Below are positions 1 to 14,223 of a DNA stretch of 64,000 bases, piece after piece (position 1 is the first letter of the stretch; every line of letters begins with the position of its first letter). A program made the position numbers and the translations under genes. The notes under the pieces are model-generated. The model was not told the DNA's origin. It worked only from the letters and a program-made list of their open reading frames with translations, and searched no databases. The stretch comes from the human T2T-CHM13v2.0 reference genome, Homo sapiens. Location: assembly GCF_009914755.1 (NCBI RefSeq), contig NC_060930.1; one strand, given 5' to 3'.

Positions 1-1088
1 TCTATAGATCTTTAAATGGCCCACTGGCCCATCTGGTAGCAGAAATGTAGCTGAAGTTTTTATTATTAATATTATTCCAGGACTATGAGTTTGAGAAACC
101 AAACATTGGTCATGAACTATTTTAGCAATTTTGAACAGTCACCACACACAGACACATATACACAAGTGTGTGTTTGTGTACAAACATATATATTTATTTG
201 ATTTGGATTATTTTATCTCTTTCGTGATAAGTCATGGACTGCAGAGCTTTTAGTGATGAAAGCTTTAAGGACTCAGGAAGGATCAGGTGGCCTTTTGGGT
301 TCTCCATGAGCCTGTACTTAATATTGGATTTATTTTCTCTTAAATACCACGTTTGTTTCTGCAATTCATGTGTATAACACTGATAACTGATGGGTTATCA
401 TAGGTAATTTGACTTGGACCATGGAGTTCATTCAAATTGCATATCTTAACAATTTCAGTACTGGCTGATTTAGCATGAAAATCCGGCAAAGTATTTCCTT
501 GGTATTCAATTATTTTTTGTCCTGCTTGGGTTAACAGTTTTATAAACCATTCACTGTCTTCACTGGAATTCTGGGAATTTTTATGCAGTCCAGATGATAT
601 GATCCTAAAGTTATCAGATACGTTTTTTAACAAACACACATTTGTATGCCTTTATAACTGCTCATCAAAAACATATTTTCCTTTTGTTTATAACTCTGTA
701 TATGCAATTGTTTATTCATATTTAGTAGTTTTAATTATATATAAAAATAATAATTTTAACTCTTAGTAACCTTAATTTATAGTGAAAACACTAGAAAGAA
801 ATTTTGAACTGTTTTGTATCAGTATTTGTAGATGAAAACTATTTTATAATTATTTAGAAAGATGTTTCCTTACATTATTATTTATTAACAGATCTAAATA
901 TATTTAGCTTTTCTATATCATATAAAAATAAGATGTCAAAATATATAAACATAAACTTATGTTTAATAATTAATGTTTCAGTATTTTAACTTACAAATGA
1001 CTCTGAACTTTTATGATTATCTATTATTTAACATACCGTGACTTTAAGATTTTAAATTACTGAAAATAATTTTGAAACTGTGACACAG

Positions 1089-1452
1089 TGATATGGTTTG
1101 ACTGTGTCCCCACCCAAATCTCACCTTGAATTGTAGCTCCCATAATTCCCGTGTGTCATGAGAGGGACCCAGTGGGAGGTAATTGAATCATGGGGGTAGG
1201 TTTTTCCAGTGCCATTATTATGATAGTGAATAAGTGTCATGAGATCTGATGGTTTTATAAAGGAAAGTTCTCCTGAACACACTTTCTTGCCTGTTGCCAT
1301 GTAAAACGTGACTTTGCACCTTGTTTGTCTTCAGCCATGATTGTGAGGCCTCCCCAACCATGTGGAACTGTGAGTCCATTAAACCTCTTTCCTTTATAAA
1401 TTACCCAGTCTCAGGTATGTCTTTACCAGCAATGTGAGAACAATCTAATACA
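1089..1452 (+). mobile_element. THE1 (MaLR) solo LTR
   Basis: Starts tgatatggtttgactgtgtccccacccaaatctc, has ATTAAA, ends ...ctaataca; 5-bp TSD CACAG at 1084-1088 and 1453-1457. Confidence 0.93.
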
Positions 1453-2021
1453 CACAGCTACATTCCCTAATGTCTTTTCTGGTCATCTTCGGTCTCAAGT
1501 AGCCATGTGGTTTCCAAGATGGCTATGAAGGGCAGAGCCTTTCTGAGACCTGGATTTACATACCAGGTGTAGAGCTCAGGACAGAAGATAGATCTGGGAA
1601 GACTGTGCCTCGAGGATCTGATCCCTCCCAGAATAGCCAGGAGGCAAAGCTAGGGCAGGGAAGAAGGGGCCACATTGGACTTGACTCTGACTTGCAGCAG
1701 CTGGTCTAGACACTGAGAAAATGTCTCCAGGCCTCATGTCCACCTATCCAGACCCCCTAATCCAGGGGCTCAAAACCAAAAAGATAGGCTCACAGTCAAA
1801 CCAATCAAGTGTCCAATATATTTAACCAATAATTTTGAAGCCACTCCTATTTTATCAACAATTCAAAAACTAGCTGTATTTACCAAATATTATCACCTAT
1901 ATATAACACATACATAGACATAACAGACACACAGACAGAAGCAGATCTTATAGATTTATAAGATTCTTCATTTGCCAGTTTTCAAAGTTTCCCTCTCCAC
2001 CCCCATCAACCTCTTGATTAC

Positions 2022-2157
2022 CTGTAAGTTTCCTGAGGCCCCCCCAGCCATGCTTCCTGTACAACCTGCAGAACTGTGAGCCAATTAAACCTCTTTTCTT
2101 TATAAATTACCCAGTATCAGGTAGTTCTTTATAGCAATGCAAGAATGCATTAATACA
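2022..2157 (+). mobile_element. MST-type (MaLR) LTR, 3' portion only
   Basis: tgtaagtttcctgaggcc...cagccatgcttcctgtacaacctgcagaactgtgagccaattaaacctc...taataca; the 5' half is absent. Confidence 0.85.
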
Positions 2158-2627
2158 CCTTGAATCTTGTCTTTGGCTCTTGGATTCCCTTGAACAACTT
2201 AGCCAGTGATTCTTCTCTATCTAGGCAGGCAAGAAAAAAAATAAACAAAGTGGGTAGAAAATAAAAATCTCTGTGAATTTCCAAAAGCCAAAGTTTACAT
2301 CCCCTTCAATATTGCTGTTTACTACCAGTTTCTATCTGACCCAAGGAGACATAGGATGCCTCTAACTGAGTCCAAGCCAGTTAATTTTAAATCCATTCAG
2401 TCCTGAACCCAGTCCAGTTTCTGTTGCAACTTCGAAACCCAGTTTGGCTCGGAAATTTACTCAAACAAACTTGGAGAGCTCAAAACGCAAATCTGCGGAG
2501 CTTTGGAATCAGAGAGAACTTGTAACAATCCCCAGTTGCTTCAGGAGAACAGTAGACACAACGGGCTCAGTAAGTACCTCACTTAGTCACTTGATGCTTC
2601 TGGGGGTCACTAGAAGCTCTACATCAG

Positions 2628-2645
2628 ATCCCACTTTTGACACTA
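2628..2645 (-). promoter_or_regulatory. Retroviral primer-binding site, tRNA-Leu type
   Basis: Minus strand TAGTGTCAAAAGTGGGAT, 16/18 to TGGTGTCAGAAGTGGGAT (complement of the tRNA-Leu(CAA) 3' end), 2 nt from the LTR end. Confidence 0.8.
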
Positions 2646-2647
2646 TT

Positions 2648-3023
2648 TATTAAAAAGAAGAACCTTAGACAAATTAAGTTTAACAGACTTTAATTGAGCA
2701 AAGAACAATTCATGAATTGGGAAGCCTCCCAAGCCAGGATAGACTCAGAGAGACTCCAGTACAGTCACATGGCAGAAGAAGATTTATGGACAGGAAAAGG
2801 TATGTGATGTCAGTCAGATTGATTACAGCTCGGGATTTGCCTTATTTGAACGTGCTTCAGATAAGGCAAATAAGCTGGCCGCCTATGATTGGGTAAAACT
2901 CAGTGATTGGCACAAGAGTAGGTTGCAGTATACAGTTAAGTTTCAGTTTACTATGTATGGGGAAACTCTTAGGCTGAACTCAAAATATGTAAGAGCCAGT
3001 TTTAGACTAAACTTAATGTAACA
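2648..3023 (-). mobile_element. MER57-family LTR (5' LTR of the partial provirus)
   Basis: Reverse complement begins tgttacattaagtttagtctaaaactggctcttacatatttt; homologous to the LTRs at 4208, 55064 and 58014. Confidence 0.85.
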
Positions 3024-3143
3024 ATTGTCAATTCAAATTTTTAAAACCTTCCAGAAACAAAATCTTAGCTGCTGAAGGATGACAGTTTGTTCTATTCTTT
3101 CATGAATTGCCCTTATCCACACCTGAAACTCAGAGGCAATGAA

Positions 3144-3309
3144 CTTTCTTTCCTTTTCTTTTCTTTCTTTCTGTCTTTTCTTTCTTTCCTTCTTTCTTTT
3201 CTTTTCTTTTCCTTTCTTTATTTCTCTCTTTCTGTCTTTCTTTCTTTCTTTCTCTCTCTCCTTCCTTCCTTCCTTCTGTCCATCTGTCCTTCCTTCCTTC
3301 CTTCCTTCT
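3144..3309. repeat. (TTTC)n/(CTTC)n polypyrimidine simple repeat
   Basis: Read directly from the sequence. Confidence 0.95.
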
Positions 3310-3561
3310 GGCTATACTACCATTTATTTTCTTGTTACAAGAAGAAATGTAATCTTAAATTAGCTGTCTTAGGCTGTTGAGAATTTTTAGAAACCTTCTC
3401 TAATTAGCATAATTTTCAAAAAGCATATTTTGAGGCTGAAATAATGAAGCAATAAAATTTTCCCCCAACCCCTAAAACAGTTTTAGTTCAACAACTAGTA
3501 TGTTCAGTCTCAAGCAGTAACAAAAGTCCAAACTTTTTTCTGGGTTAAATCTTCTCTCCTT

Positions 3562-3969
3562 GTATTAATCAGGTTAGACCAGGTTATGCTTTGGTAACAT
3601 ACAAACCCCAAACAAGTTTGCTTTTTGTTTGTTTGTTTTGTTTATCCTAAGTCCTCTCAAGACCACAGGACCCTCTAAGGCAGTAACTCCTCCCAGTAGA
3701 AACTGAGCAATTAAAGTTACTTTGCTCTTGGGACATTACCTTCTTGACATGGGGGTTCCTTGTTGCTATGAAAGAGTGAAGAATGAAGAGTTATCCAGGG
3801 ACTTCTTATGGCTGTAGTCTGGAAGTGATGCATATAATTGCCATTCACAGTTCATTAGCTGTAAGTAGCCATATGCCCCAGATAGCTGAAAGGAGCTGGA
3901 GAGTGCAAATCTTTCATAATTCAGGAATGGAAAGACAGTGATTGGTGAGTATTAGTACCATGTACCACA
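3562..3969 (-). mobile_element. Old MLT1-type (MaLR) LTR
   Basis: tgtattaatcaggttagaccaggttatgct...gtaac start; ctggaagtgatgcat...gccattcacagttcattagc core; ends ...taccaca. Confidence 0.55.
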
Positions 3970-4207
3970 CCTCCCTCCCAGTTTGTGCCTGCTAAGGCTA
4001 GGAGGTGTGGGCAAGTTTTTATTTTATTGCCTCATGTTTCTGTCCCTGTCCCTTCCCCAGTGCCCCCACACAGTGGTCTTAAAACCATGGTAAGCTGTCA
4101 TTGCTTCTCCCAGATAGAACGGGGACCAGAAAGGAAAAGTCAGGGATGACAAAGTTCTTACTTTACTAGGATTACTGTGAGCTCACATAACACTTTCTGG
4201 TGTGGCT

Positions 4208-4575
4208 TGTTAAATTAAATTTAGTCCAAAGCTGCCTCCTTACATATTTTAAGTTTGACTCATAGGTTTCTTCATACATAGTGAACTGTACCTAACAGGA
4301 TATATAAATAGACTGTAACCTACTCTCATACCAATCACTGAGTTTGGCCAATCAAAAGTGGTCAACTGTCAAACTCCATTCAAAATAATGCAAATGCTGA
4401 GCTGTAACCAGTACAGCTGTTTCTGTACCTCATTTCTGTTTTCTATACATTACTTCCCTTTTTCTGTGCATAAATCTTCCACCAAATGGCTGTGCTGGAG
4501 CCTCTCTGAACTTATTCTGGTTTGGGGGCTGTCTGACTTGCAAATCATCACATCATTCTTTGCTCAGTTAAATTC
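4208..4575 (+). mobile_element. MER57-family solo LTR, 3' end truncated at the L1 insertion
   Basis: tgttaaattaaatttagtccaaagctgcctccttacatattttaag... up to ...ctttgctcagttaaattc. Confidence 0.88.
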
Positions 4576-5952
<1,377 letters not shown>

Positions 5953-6088
5953 GTGCTTTTAAAAATCCTTATGACCAGGTTGTACACTACGTCACTTACA
6001 TCAGAATGTCTGAGGGTAGCAGTCAGGCATCATTATTTAAAAAATATATGCTATGATTCCAATGTGCAGCAGAGTTTAGCAATCACTG
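5953..6088 (+). mobile_element. MER5-type hAT MITE, right part
   Basis: ...caggcatc...tgattccaatgtgcagcagagtttagcaatcactg terminal motif. Confidence 0.6.
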
Positions 6089-6479
6089 TTTTACACCATT
6101 TTTCCTTTCAACAATTTCTCAGTGAAAATTCGGATCCTTCAAAATGCTGGATTAAGTATTACATTATTACAATGCCCTTTCTTCTCATAATATTCTTTTA
6201 CTTCATAGATTTTTATTGTATCTTATAAGTATATGTGCATTTGTATATCAATCTCCTTCCCCAGGCTGTTGAGTTCTATGAGATTAGAAATCACATTTAT
6301 TTTCTGTTTACTATTATATTTTCTGTTTACTATTATCCAGGAGTTGGCAAAGGGCCTGAGGTTTAGGCACTCAGGGGGGTTTTTTTGGTAGGCTTTTAAG
6401 CAAATCTTCAGTTGTTAAATGAATAAATCTTTCTTATTACTCAGAAACCACCTCTAGATTTAGAATTATGTACTGAAAA

Positions 6480-6680
6480 TAGCATGGGTTTTGTTGCTGT
6501 ACAAAGCTTGGTTCAAATTCTAGCTGTGTTCCTTCACTAGCCTGTGAAAACTTAGATAACTTTGGTCAACTTTTCTGAGCCTAAATTTTCTCCTCTGTAA
6601 ATTAGAGGTAACAATTCTTATCTCATAGGATTATTAGGAGAACTGAGGGAAATAACAAGATAAAGCATCTTATAATGTAC
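6480..6680 (+). mobile_element. MIR SINE, preceded by an L2 3'-end fragment at about 6250-6428
   Basis: ggttcaaattctagct...ctgagcctaaattttctcctctgtaaattagag MIR core. Confidence 0.7.
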
Positions 6681-7225
6681 TTTCAAAAAATTTAGTTTTC
6701 ATTTTCCTTTGTGACCTCCCAAGGATTAAAATTTCCACACTCTTTTCGTCCCTATTCTGCAGATACATATTTGTTTGATTTTCATTCCCTCAATTCCAGA
6801 CTTTTTCCCTCAAGGCTATTTTTTTTTATCTTCCAAAGGAGGAACAAGCTAATCAGACATCTGGATTCCTCACATAGTGGGGTGTTCCCTCAGAGGCCCA
6901 TCTAATAACTCATGTCTACCTTCACAGTGTCTCCTGAAGAAGATGACTCCACCTCTGTCATTTTACATTGCATTTTATTGAAGCAAAAATATTTTGCGAC
7001 ATAAAAAATTGCTTTTAGTCACTTTTATTGTTATGTAAAATGTACAAATAAATATCAACTCCTTGTCATAGAATTCTTAAGTAATTATACAACTAAAATC
7101 ATATGTTAAATATAATTAAATCTATAAAACCAAATTCAAATTTACAACATGAATTTAATGTGAAGATAATGTGTGTTCTGAAACACAACAGCCTCTATTG
7201 ATTTTAAGGATAGACAATTGAACAC

Positions 7226-7498
7226 TGAGGGTCTTCAAAGCATTCATAGGAAATGCATATTATAAAAATTAAAAAAACTTTAAAGGGTACTTAGTTTTCT
7301 TCAGTTAATAATGTAAAAAAGGTGGCATTGATGTAGTCAAACTCTTAGGACCCTCAGTTCTTTCGAGATGGACTAAATGGCTGTTATAATCACATACAAA
7401 AGTGTCTTGAACTTCATAGAACTTATGTTGAGAACAGAAGTTTATATTTGTATTTATATTTTTAATTCCATTTTCCACAAGCTTTTTGAAGTCCTTCG
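7226..7498 (+). mobile_element. HSMAR2 mariner, internally deleted (both TIRs plus transposase 3' end)
   Basis: Left TIR tgagggtcttcaaagcattcataggaaat; right TIR ttttccacaagctttttgaagtccttcg then TA; internal sequence encodes a degenerate ...DPQFFRDGLNG...QKCLEL...YVE. Confidence 0.8.
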
Positions 7499-8030
7499 TA
7501 TATCCTGTGTTTAACTTCATATTGACTTGAATCTTTTGGTTTTGCTCATGATAAATTATAGAGTCATTTTTTTCTAGTTTTTTTAATAGTAAACTTATTT
7601 TTAAACACCATTTAATTATTTTTCTGGGCAAATCAATATAAACATGTACTCTTCCATATAATGCTAAAAAAGAAAAAAGAACAGTGGTAAACAAAAAAGT
7701 CCTCTTCATTGAATTTGTATATTTACTACTGACAATCTATTGCAAGTTGCCATATGGAGTGACAGTATCTCCACAAAGCAATATGAATGTGTTGCTGCCC
7801 TCCCAGTATACAGAAATTTTCTGGTTTGGCGTGTATACAAGGCCACGTTCCATATAATGAAATCCCTACCCCACCATCTTACTCTTCTCACACCACAGTA
7901 AGGTTTTACTCGCACACTGTGTCCTCATACTCTCTGGCCTTCTTTTGGCTCTATTCCTCTCCTAAACATACTTTAGATGTGACTGCTGAAGTCACTTGGC
8001 AGAATTCTCTTGTAAGGTGCTCATTTAGAT

Positions 8031-8252
8031 CAGTGGTCATTGAACTACAGCCTGCAAACCCAATCTGATTCCCCACATATTTTTGTAAATAAAATTTTAC
8101 TGTACCATACTCACACCTAATTGGTTTTGTTATCGCCTATGGCTTTTTCCTGCTACAATGGAAAACTAAGAAGTTATGATAGACATTGTGTAACCCACAA
8201 AGGTAAAAATATTTTCATCTAGCCCTTAACAAAAAATGTTTATTGAGTCTTG
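8031..8252 (+). mobile_element. MER58A-like hAT-Charlie MITE
   Basis: cagtggtcattgaactacagcctgc...tttgtaaataaaattttactg...aaaatgtttattgagtcttg; degenerate 8-bp flanks atttagat/gtttacat. Confidence 0.75.
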
Positions 8253-10124
8253 GTTTACATAACCAGGATTAATCACTGAAATAAAAGCACACACACATAT
8301 ACAGATGCCAGAGAATATGTCTGTGGATTCAAGGTGTAGAAATATTCACCTATTTCCTTGAAAGAAGTGGGTTTGAAATGCTGAGAGGGGACCAAGTTAT
8401 GAATCACTCATTAGAGGTTAGATGCTTCAGGTATCTGTCTTCCTTGCTTCGCTGAGGCCTGCTTAGACTGTTGCAGAACACTTCACCACTCTTCTATTTA
8501 TGGTCTATAGATCAAACACAGTGCTAGGCAAATTGCAGGGACTTAGCAAACATTTGTTGAACAGATGGTATTGAGATAGTGACACTGAACTAGGAGTTAC
8601 CAAGAAATATTGGAGTTCTTTAGGAGAACTACCAGGTAGATGCAGACCAGAGTCACCCTTTAGGGCAGTTGTGGGGACATCTGTGGAGCAAACAATAGGA
8701 ATTATGTAGAGGGCCTTTGCAAGGAGTGGACCCTGCAAGAGCAGTCACCCTGGAGCTGCTGCCAGCAGAGCCCAGAGCTGCCCTGATGGAAGATCTTGCT
8801 GTGGGAATTGCCTTAACAAAGGCAGAAAAATATCTTTGAAGGTCTCCAGTTCATGCTGTGTTGTGGAATATTTGCTGTCCTCCCCGCTAGGAGGAAGAGT
8901 CACAATTTACTCCTTATAGCTACATACATGAGTTGCTCACACAATCTATTCTTTGTTACTAGATATAGTTACCTTGCAGCTAGGAGAAACGAAATAAAAA
9001 CAGTAACAAAGAAAAGAAATTGTTAGAAAGGACTCTCGGGACAGTAGGGAGAAACTATCTGTGTGAAGACACTTGTGAAACTCAATAGTTTATTTTCTAA
9101 CTTCTTTTGAAGGAGATTTTTAGGGCAGATACTTGAGACATGTTTACAGAAAAATCCTCAGCATTCCCCCTTTACATCTAGCTTAACACATATTTGTAAG
9201 GGAGTTTATGCTGAACTTATGGTAGTAATAGGATGAAAGTTTGGCCTTTATTTTCTAAAATTTTTCTAAAATGAAATATATATGAATTCCTGAGAAACTT
9301 GCTTTAAACCTACATTTTTTTTTAAGATCAAAGGAATATTGGCATTATTTGTTGGCAAAAAGTGAAGTGACTTTCCAAGCATCAAAGCTGTTTAAAGTGT
9401 TTTGAAAATACAATTGCACTCTTCATCTGTTTCCCTTTAGAACCAGCGTATAATGCATGCCAGTTATTGTACTGTGCCTTAGATGGGATGTTAAAATGTA
9501 ATCTTAGTTGAAATAAATTGAAGTTCCTCATTAGATATTGAACAGCAACATGAGGGAAATTGGTTTCCTCTAATCTTCCACATAAGGAGGCAATCTCTTT
9601 ATATGCAAGTAAAGGATTTTGCATATTGATTGCATTTTCTGATGATGAACTTACACATTTATAGGCTAAATGGCATTCTCTAAAGAGAAGATGCAGAGTA
9701 AATATCTATTTTCATAATTTCCTCTAACGAGTTACCACTCCAGCATGCCAAACACTGTAATAGCACGATTCATATCTCTCTTATCCAAATAGTATTATTC
9801 TCTTACATTGACTTTATGCTTCCATAAATGCATAAAAAGTTTACTATTCAAACAAAACAGCAAGAAAACCCCTGTCTTCAATGCCCAATATGAAATTTCA
9901 CTCTGTACTTTCGGGATGAAGGGGGAGGCAGAGTGACCAACTTGCTCTGGTTTGTCTGGGACTTTTCTGGTAATAGTGATGACAGCTTTAGCCCAAGGAA
10001 GGCTAAACAGATGATTGGAGCCCCTTAGTCCTGAGCAAAATGGATGGTTGCTAATTTGAGATGACCAGATTAGTAATTGTTTAATTTTTTTCTCATTTGT
10101 TTAAATTTTCTCTCTTTATTTATG

Positions 10125-10630
10125 TATGTTTACTGAACCATTGGAGAATAAGCTGGAGACATTATGCCACTTTACCTCTAAAAACTCAGTGATTATTTCC
10201 TAAGTACGGTCTCTTTCATGACCACAATATATTCAGTATATTTATTAAAATCAGGAAATTTGGTGTTTATAAAATACTCTAGTCCACAATGCATATTCAA
10301 ATTTCATTGAGTATCTCACGAATATCCTTGATAGCTTTTTTTTTTCTCCTGGTCTAGAATGTATCCCAAGATCACATATGTCACATCATTGCTTTTTGTC
10401 TTCTTTAATCTAGAATAATTTCTATACTTTCTCTGTGTTTCTTGTCCTTAATATTTTTGAAAAGTATAGGCCTGCTACTGTGTAGAATATCCCTCAGTTT
10501 GGGTTGGTCTGATTTCCTCATGATTATATTCCGTTTATACAGTATTTAGGCAGGAATACCAACAAGATGATGATGTGTCTTTCTCAGAAGACACATGATA
10601 TTAGTCTGATATAATATTGGTGATGTGGCA
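10125..10630 (-). mobile_element. Ancient L1MC-type 3' fragment
   Basis: actgaaccattggagaataagctggagacattatgc...tgtagaatatccctcagtttgggtt...ggcaggaatac motifs. Confidence 0.6.
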
Positions 10631-11683
10631 AAATACTTAGATTTTCACTCTGTAGTTTTAGTATCTATAGAAAATGTTCTAATGTCATCACTATTTTTAT
10701 ATTCATTGCCATTCTATTGTCATTTTTTAAATAAGAAAGAACTTGCCACACATTTTTTAATTTACAGGGAGACCCTCAATTCAGTGTAAAATTTATTGTT
10801 ATACTTGTCCTATGACCTAGCTTTATTATTTTCGCCCACCAGTAGTTCCACCAGGTAAATTCCCTGAGAAATGCAGTGATCTCTGGACCCTGAGTCTCCT
10901 GAAAACAGGCAAAATCCATCTAGTTATTGCCCTTTTGTAAAAAAAGAGGACGTTTTGTGCTATCAGAAAACATCTTTGAAGACTTTGCAGAATAGAGTTT
11001 ATGTATATTCCGTAGGAGGACCCTTTCACAGCTTAATAGCCAACCACATTTATTGACCATCTTCTGCCTGCAGCATATTTTACCAAATGCTGCTTTATAG
11101 AGCATTATCTCTAATCTATACCAGCACAGACTATTGGCTCTCTTTGGAGAATAGAGTTTGCCCCATTATCTGCCTCTCAATGATTTTTATTAGTTTCCAA
11201 ATGCTACCTGCATAGTTTCTAAGACTCAAAGAGCCAAATACATCTAGTAACGCATACACATTATATATATGGGATTTTCTTTGTTGTGCCATAGATCATC
11301 AGAAGACATGCTTACATAGGTCAGGTTGAAGGCAATCAATGCTCATTTTGTGAACAAAAGAGTGGCTTTTTGGACTTAAGAAATTTATATGCATTTATGT
11401 CTTGTTTTGCCTCCCAAAGTCTTTTTAGTTGATTGTTTTGACATCTATAGGCATACTTAATTCAGGAAGCAGCATCAAAACTGTACTATTTGCCAATTGA
11501 CTTAGGTCGAAAAGCCCTTAACTCAGTCTGTGTCATGGATTCCTCATCTCTAGGGTTACATTAAAGAGAACGAACTCTTAACTTTTGAGTCTTAGAACTC
11601 AGATCATTTCTTTGGGTATGAGCATTATAGATAGTTATGATGTGAAAAGTAATAAATTTCAGTAATGGTACTGAGAATAGATA

Positions 11684-12011
11684 CAGCTGTCCCTTGGTAT
11701 CCATAGAAAATTGATCCCAGGACACCACATCCCTCGAGTAACAAAATTCACAGATGCTCAATTCCCCAATATAGAATGACATAGTATTTGCATGTAACCT
11801 ATGCACATCTTTCCATATACTTTAAATCATCTCTAGAATACTTATCATTAACAAATACAATGTATATGCCATATAAACAGTTGTTTTATTTATTTGTTTT
11901 TTTTAGTGTTATCTTGTTTCTTTTTTTTTAACTTATCTTTTTCCAAATATTTTTAATCCTTGGTTGGTTAAATCTAGGAATGTGGAACCCATGGATTCGG
12001 AGGGCTGACGG
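11684..12011 (+). mobile_element. MER2 (TcMar-Tigger) non-autonomous element
   Basis: TIRs cagctgtcccttggtatccat / atggattcggagggctgacgg, with TA on both sides. Confidence 0.88.
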
Positions 12012-14092
12012 TAATTACTAATTACACTTAGCTATACTCTCTGGAAATTTCAAAAGTTTTCTTGATTTCCTTATGCCTTTGTTTCAGGGACTAATACCCA
12101 TCCTGGTGCTGTAGGAAACTTACATAACAGGTATTAGAGTTTTATCATGAACACAGTAAAAAGAAACCACTATATTCATAAATAGGCTGAAAAGAAACCC
12201 ATGACTTAGTTTTTAAAGAAACTTGAGACATTTAAACAATCCTAATCCATTTTCTATACTAAGATGGAAAATAGAATCCATTTCTTCATCAGTAAATAAA
12301 AACCAATGAGTACATTATTGAATTAGATGAGCTCTTTGCTTTCAGTTAAAAAAATACTAGATCAATAATTGTCAAATAATTAGATGTTTCTATACCTTGC
12401 ACATTAGAGTTAGACTAAATTAAAGATAACCCTTTGTTTTTGTCTGTAGGCTTATTTCATAATAGAGGTTCATAATAGAATAATCAGTTTATACAATTAA
12501 AATCTACTTCTTAGGATTTATAACTTAGCTTTCTTTTCTAGTAGTTTATAGTCATATCTTCACTTTAAAGACATATTGTTGGTCATGTCTATGATTCATT
12601 TGAGGCTGTCTTTGGTTAGGAATGAAAACCCCAAACTGCAAACATTTTCCCATGGGAAAATGCCATCTGCTTTAGAGTGATTTGCTTTATGATGTGGATT
12701 CCAAACTGCATTGTATTCATCTGCTTATAGCCAAACACACTGAAGTTCAGCCACAAGCAGAATTCTCATGAAAGATTGCATGGGAAATAATAGAGAAAAC
12801 AATTTAGCAGTAGTCTCCCATAGTGAGAGAAAAACAGAAGAAAAAAATAGTAGAGAAAGAAAAAAAGCATTTGAGAGCAAAGGAGAGTATAGTTAGAGAA
12901 AGAACTCCGGGGAAGACAGGTGAGGTGATGGGTAAAAGAAGGAAAATACTTTCAGGGAAACAACTTATCTTTCATCAGAAACTCAGTTTAGGCTACTTTT
13001 TGAAAACTACCTACCCAAGAACTTTTCCACTTTTAAAATAATCTGTATTTATTCTTCATAATCATCTCTTCTTACTCACTCCACTTTGTTTTATGGCACC
13101 CTATACATATCAGTGTAGGCATATACCACAGACAAAAGGAAGAAATGAGGGAAAAGGAAAAGGAGCAAAAACTGTGTGGTACTCTGCAAAATGTCATAAT
13201 AATAAGTGTATTAGCTGCATTTTATTATATCACAGATGAGGAAAAAGAATTTAAACCAAAGATTGAAAAAATCCTAACTAGTTTGATTGATAAGGAATGA
13301 ATTATAAAACCCATGGAGATTTATAGGGCATTATTGTTTTTTAAATTTTTGTGGTAACTTCAACATTTTACAGGTATTGGCATGTTTGACAATAATGCCA
13401 TGTAGCTAGAACCAAGCTGATTTGTATGTGGAGGGTTACTATTAATATGCACACAGTTCCTGTTTAAAGAGAAAGTCTGCCAAAAGCAAAATACCCTATT
13501 AAATAGCTGTCTCAAATATGCCCAGATGGAATGAGCACCATACATTGTTCTTTATTCTGCTTAGTCTGTTTTATCTGCTTAACTAAGGACCATCGTATTT
13601 TCACCTCATTTTTCTCTTTCTTTTTCCTGAGGATAATCCCCATCACCTCCCTCTTTGGTTTAATCACATTTCTTCTCTTTACACCGTCACTGAAATACTA
13701 TAGCATGAGACCGTCATGAAAAGATTATTACATGAAATATGGTACGCTGATGTATTGTATTCACACAATGCCTATTTTGAGGTTTTGTACAGAAGGTTTG
13801 GTCAATGCCATATGCTCAGAATGTTCCTATTCTTGGACTATGAATGTTATCTCTGAGGGTGTAATCAGAGTCTAAACTGGGTGAGCAGGTTCCTCATTAC
13901 CTCTTGATCACTGTCATTATGGTGCTGTGCTTTATTTCCAGATCTGGGCATCTTTCCTTAGGCTACCACAGAACACAGAAATTGTACATAATGTACACCC
14001 ATCTCTTCCATTATGCCTAGCAAAGGGTTCTGACCTATTATGGGGATTTAAAATAACAGAAAACCTCACAGCTTTACAAAATGCAGTTGTTG

Positions 14093-14223
14093 ATCCTTTT
14101 GCAACTTATGTGTGATGATTGGGTATTTATACTCATGTGCGAGATATGCTGCCCTCCAACCTTGTTACCACATTTGCACATTACCCATCTGATGTAAAAA
14201 AACCAACCAACCAATAAAAAAAA
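14093..14223 (+). pseudogene. U13 (SNORD13) snoRNA retropseudogene with A-rich tail
   Basis: atccttttgcaacttatgtgtgatgattgggt...gagat...aaccttgttac...gcacattacccatctga matches U13 (box C TGATGA, box D CTGA); A-rich tail; flanking direct repeat aaaacctca. Confidence 0.9.

Larger units (their letters stand above)
1..2647 (-). mobile_element. ERV1 (MER4 group, MER57-int-like) non-coding internal region, interrupted by THE1 and MST LTRs; runs off the left window edge
   Basis: Colinear similarity to the internal region at 55471-58013 (e.g. 'aagattttaaattactgaaaa...tgacacag' and 'gaatttccaaaa'); abuts a PBS and a MER57 LTR. Confidence 0.8.

Noticed and set aside
6299-6336. 19-bp tandem duplication (also an 18-bp one near 47455-47487)
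   Set aside because: Ordinary slippage duplications.
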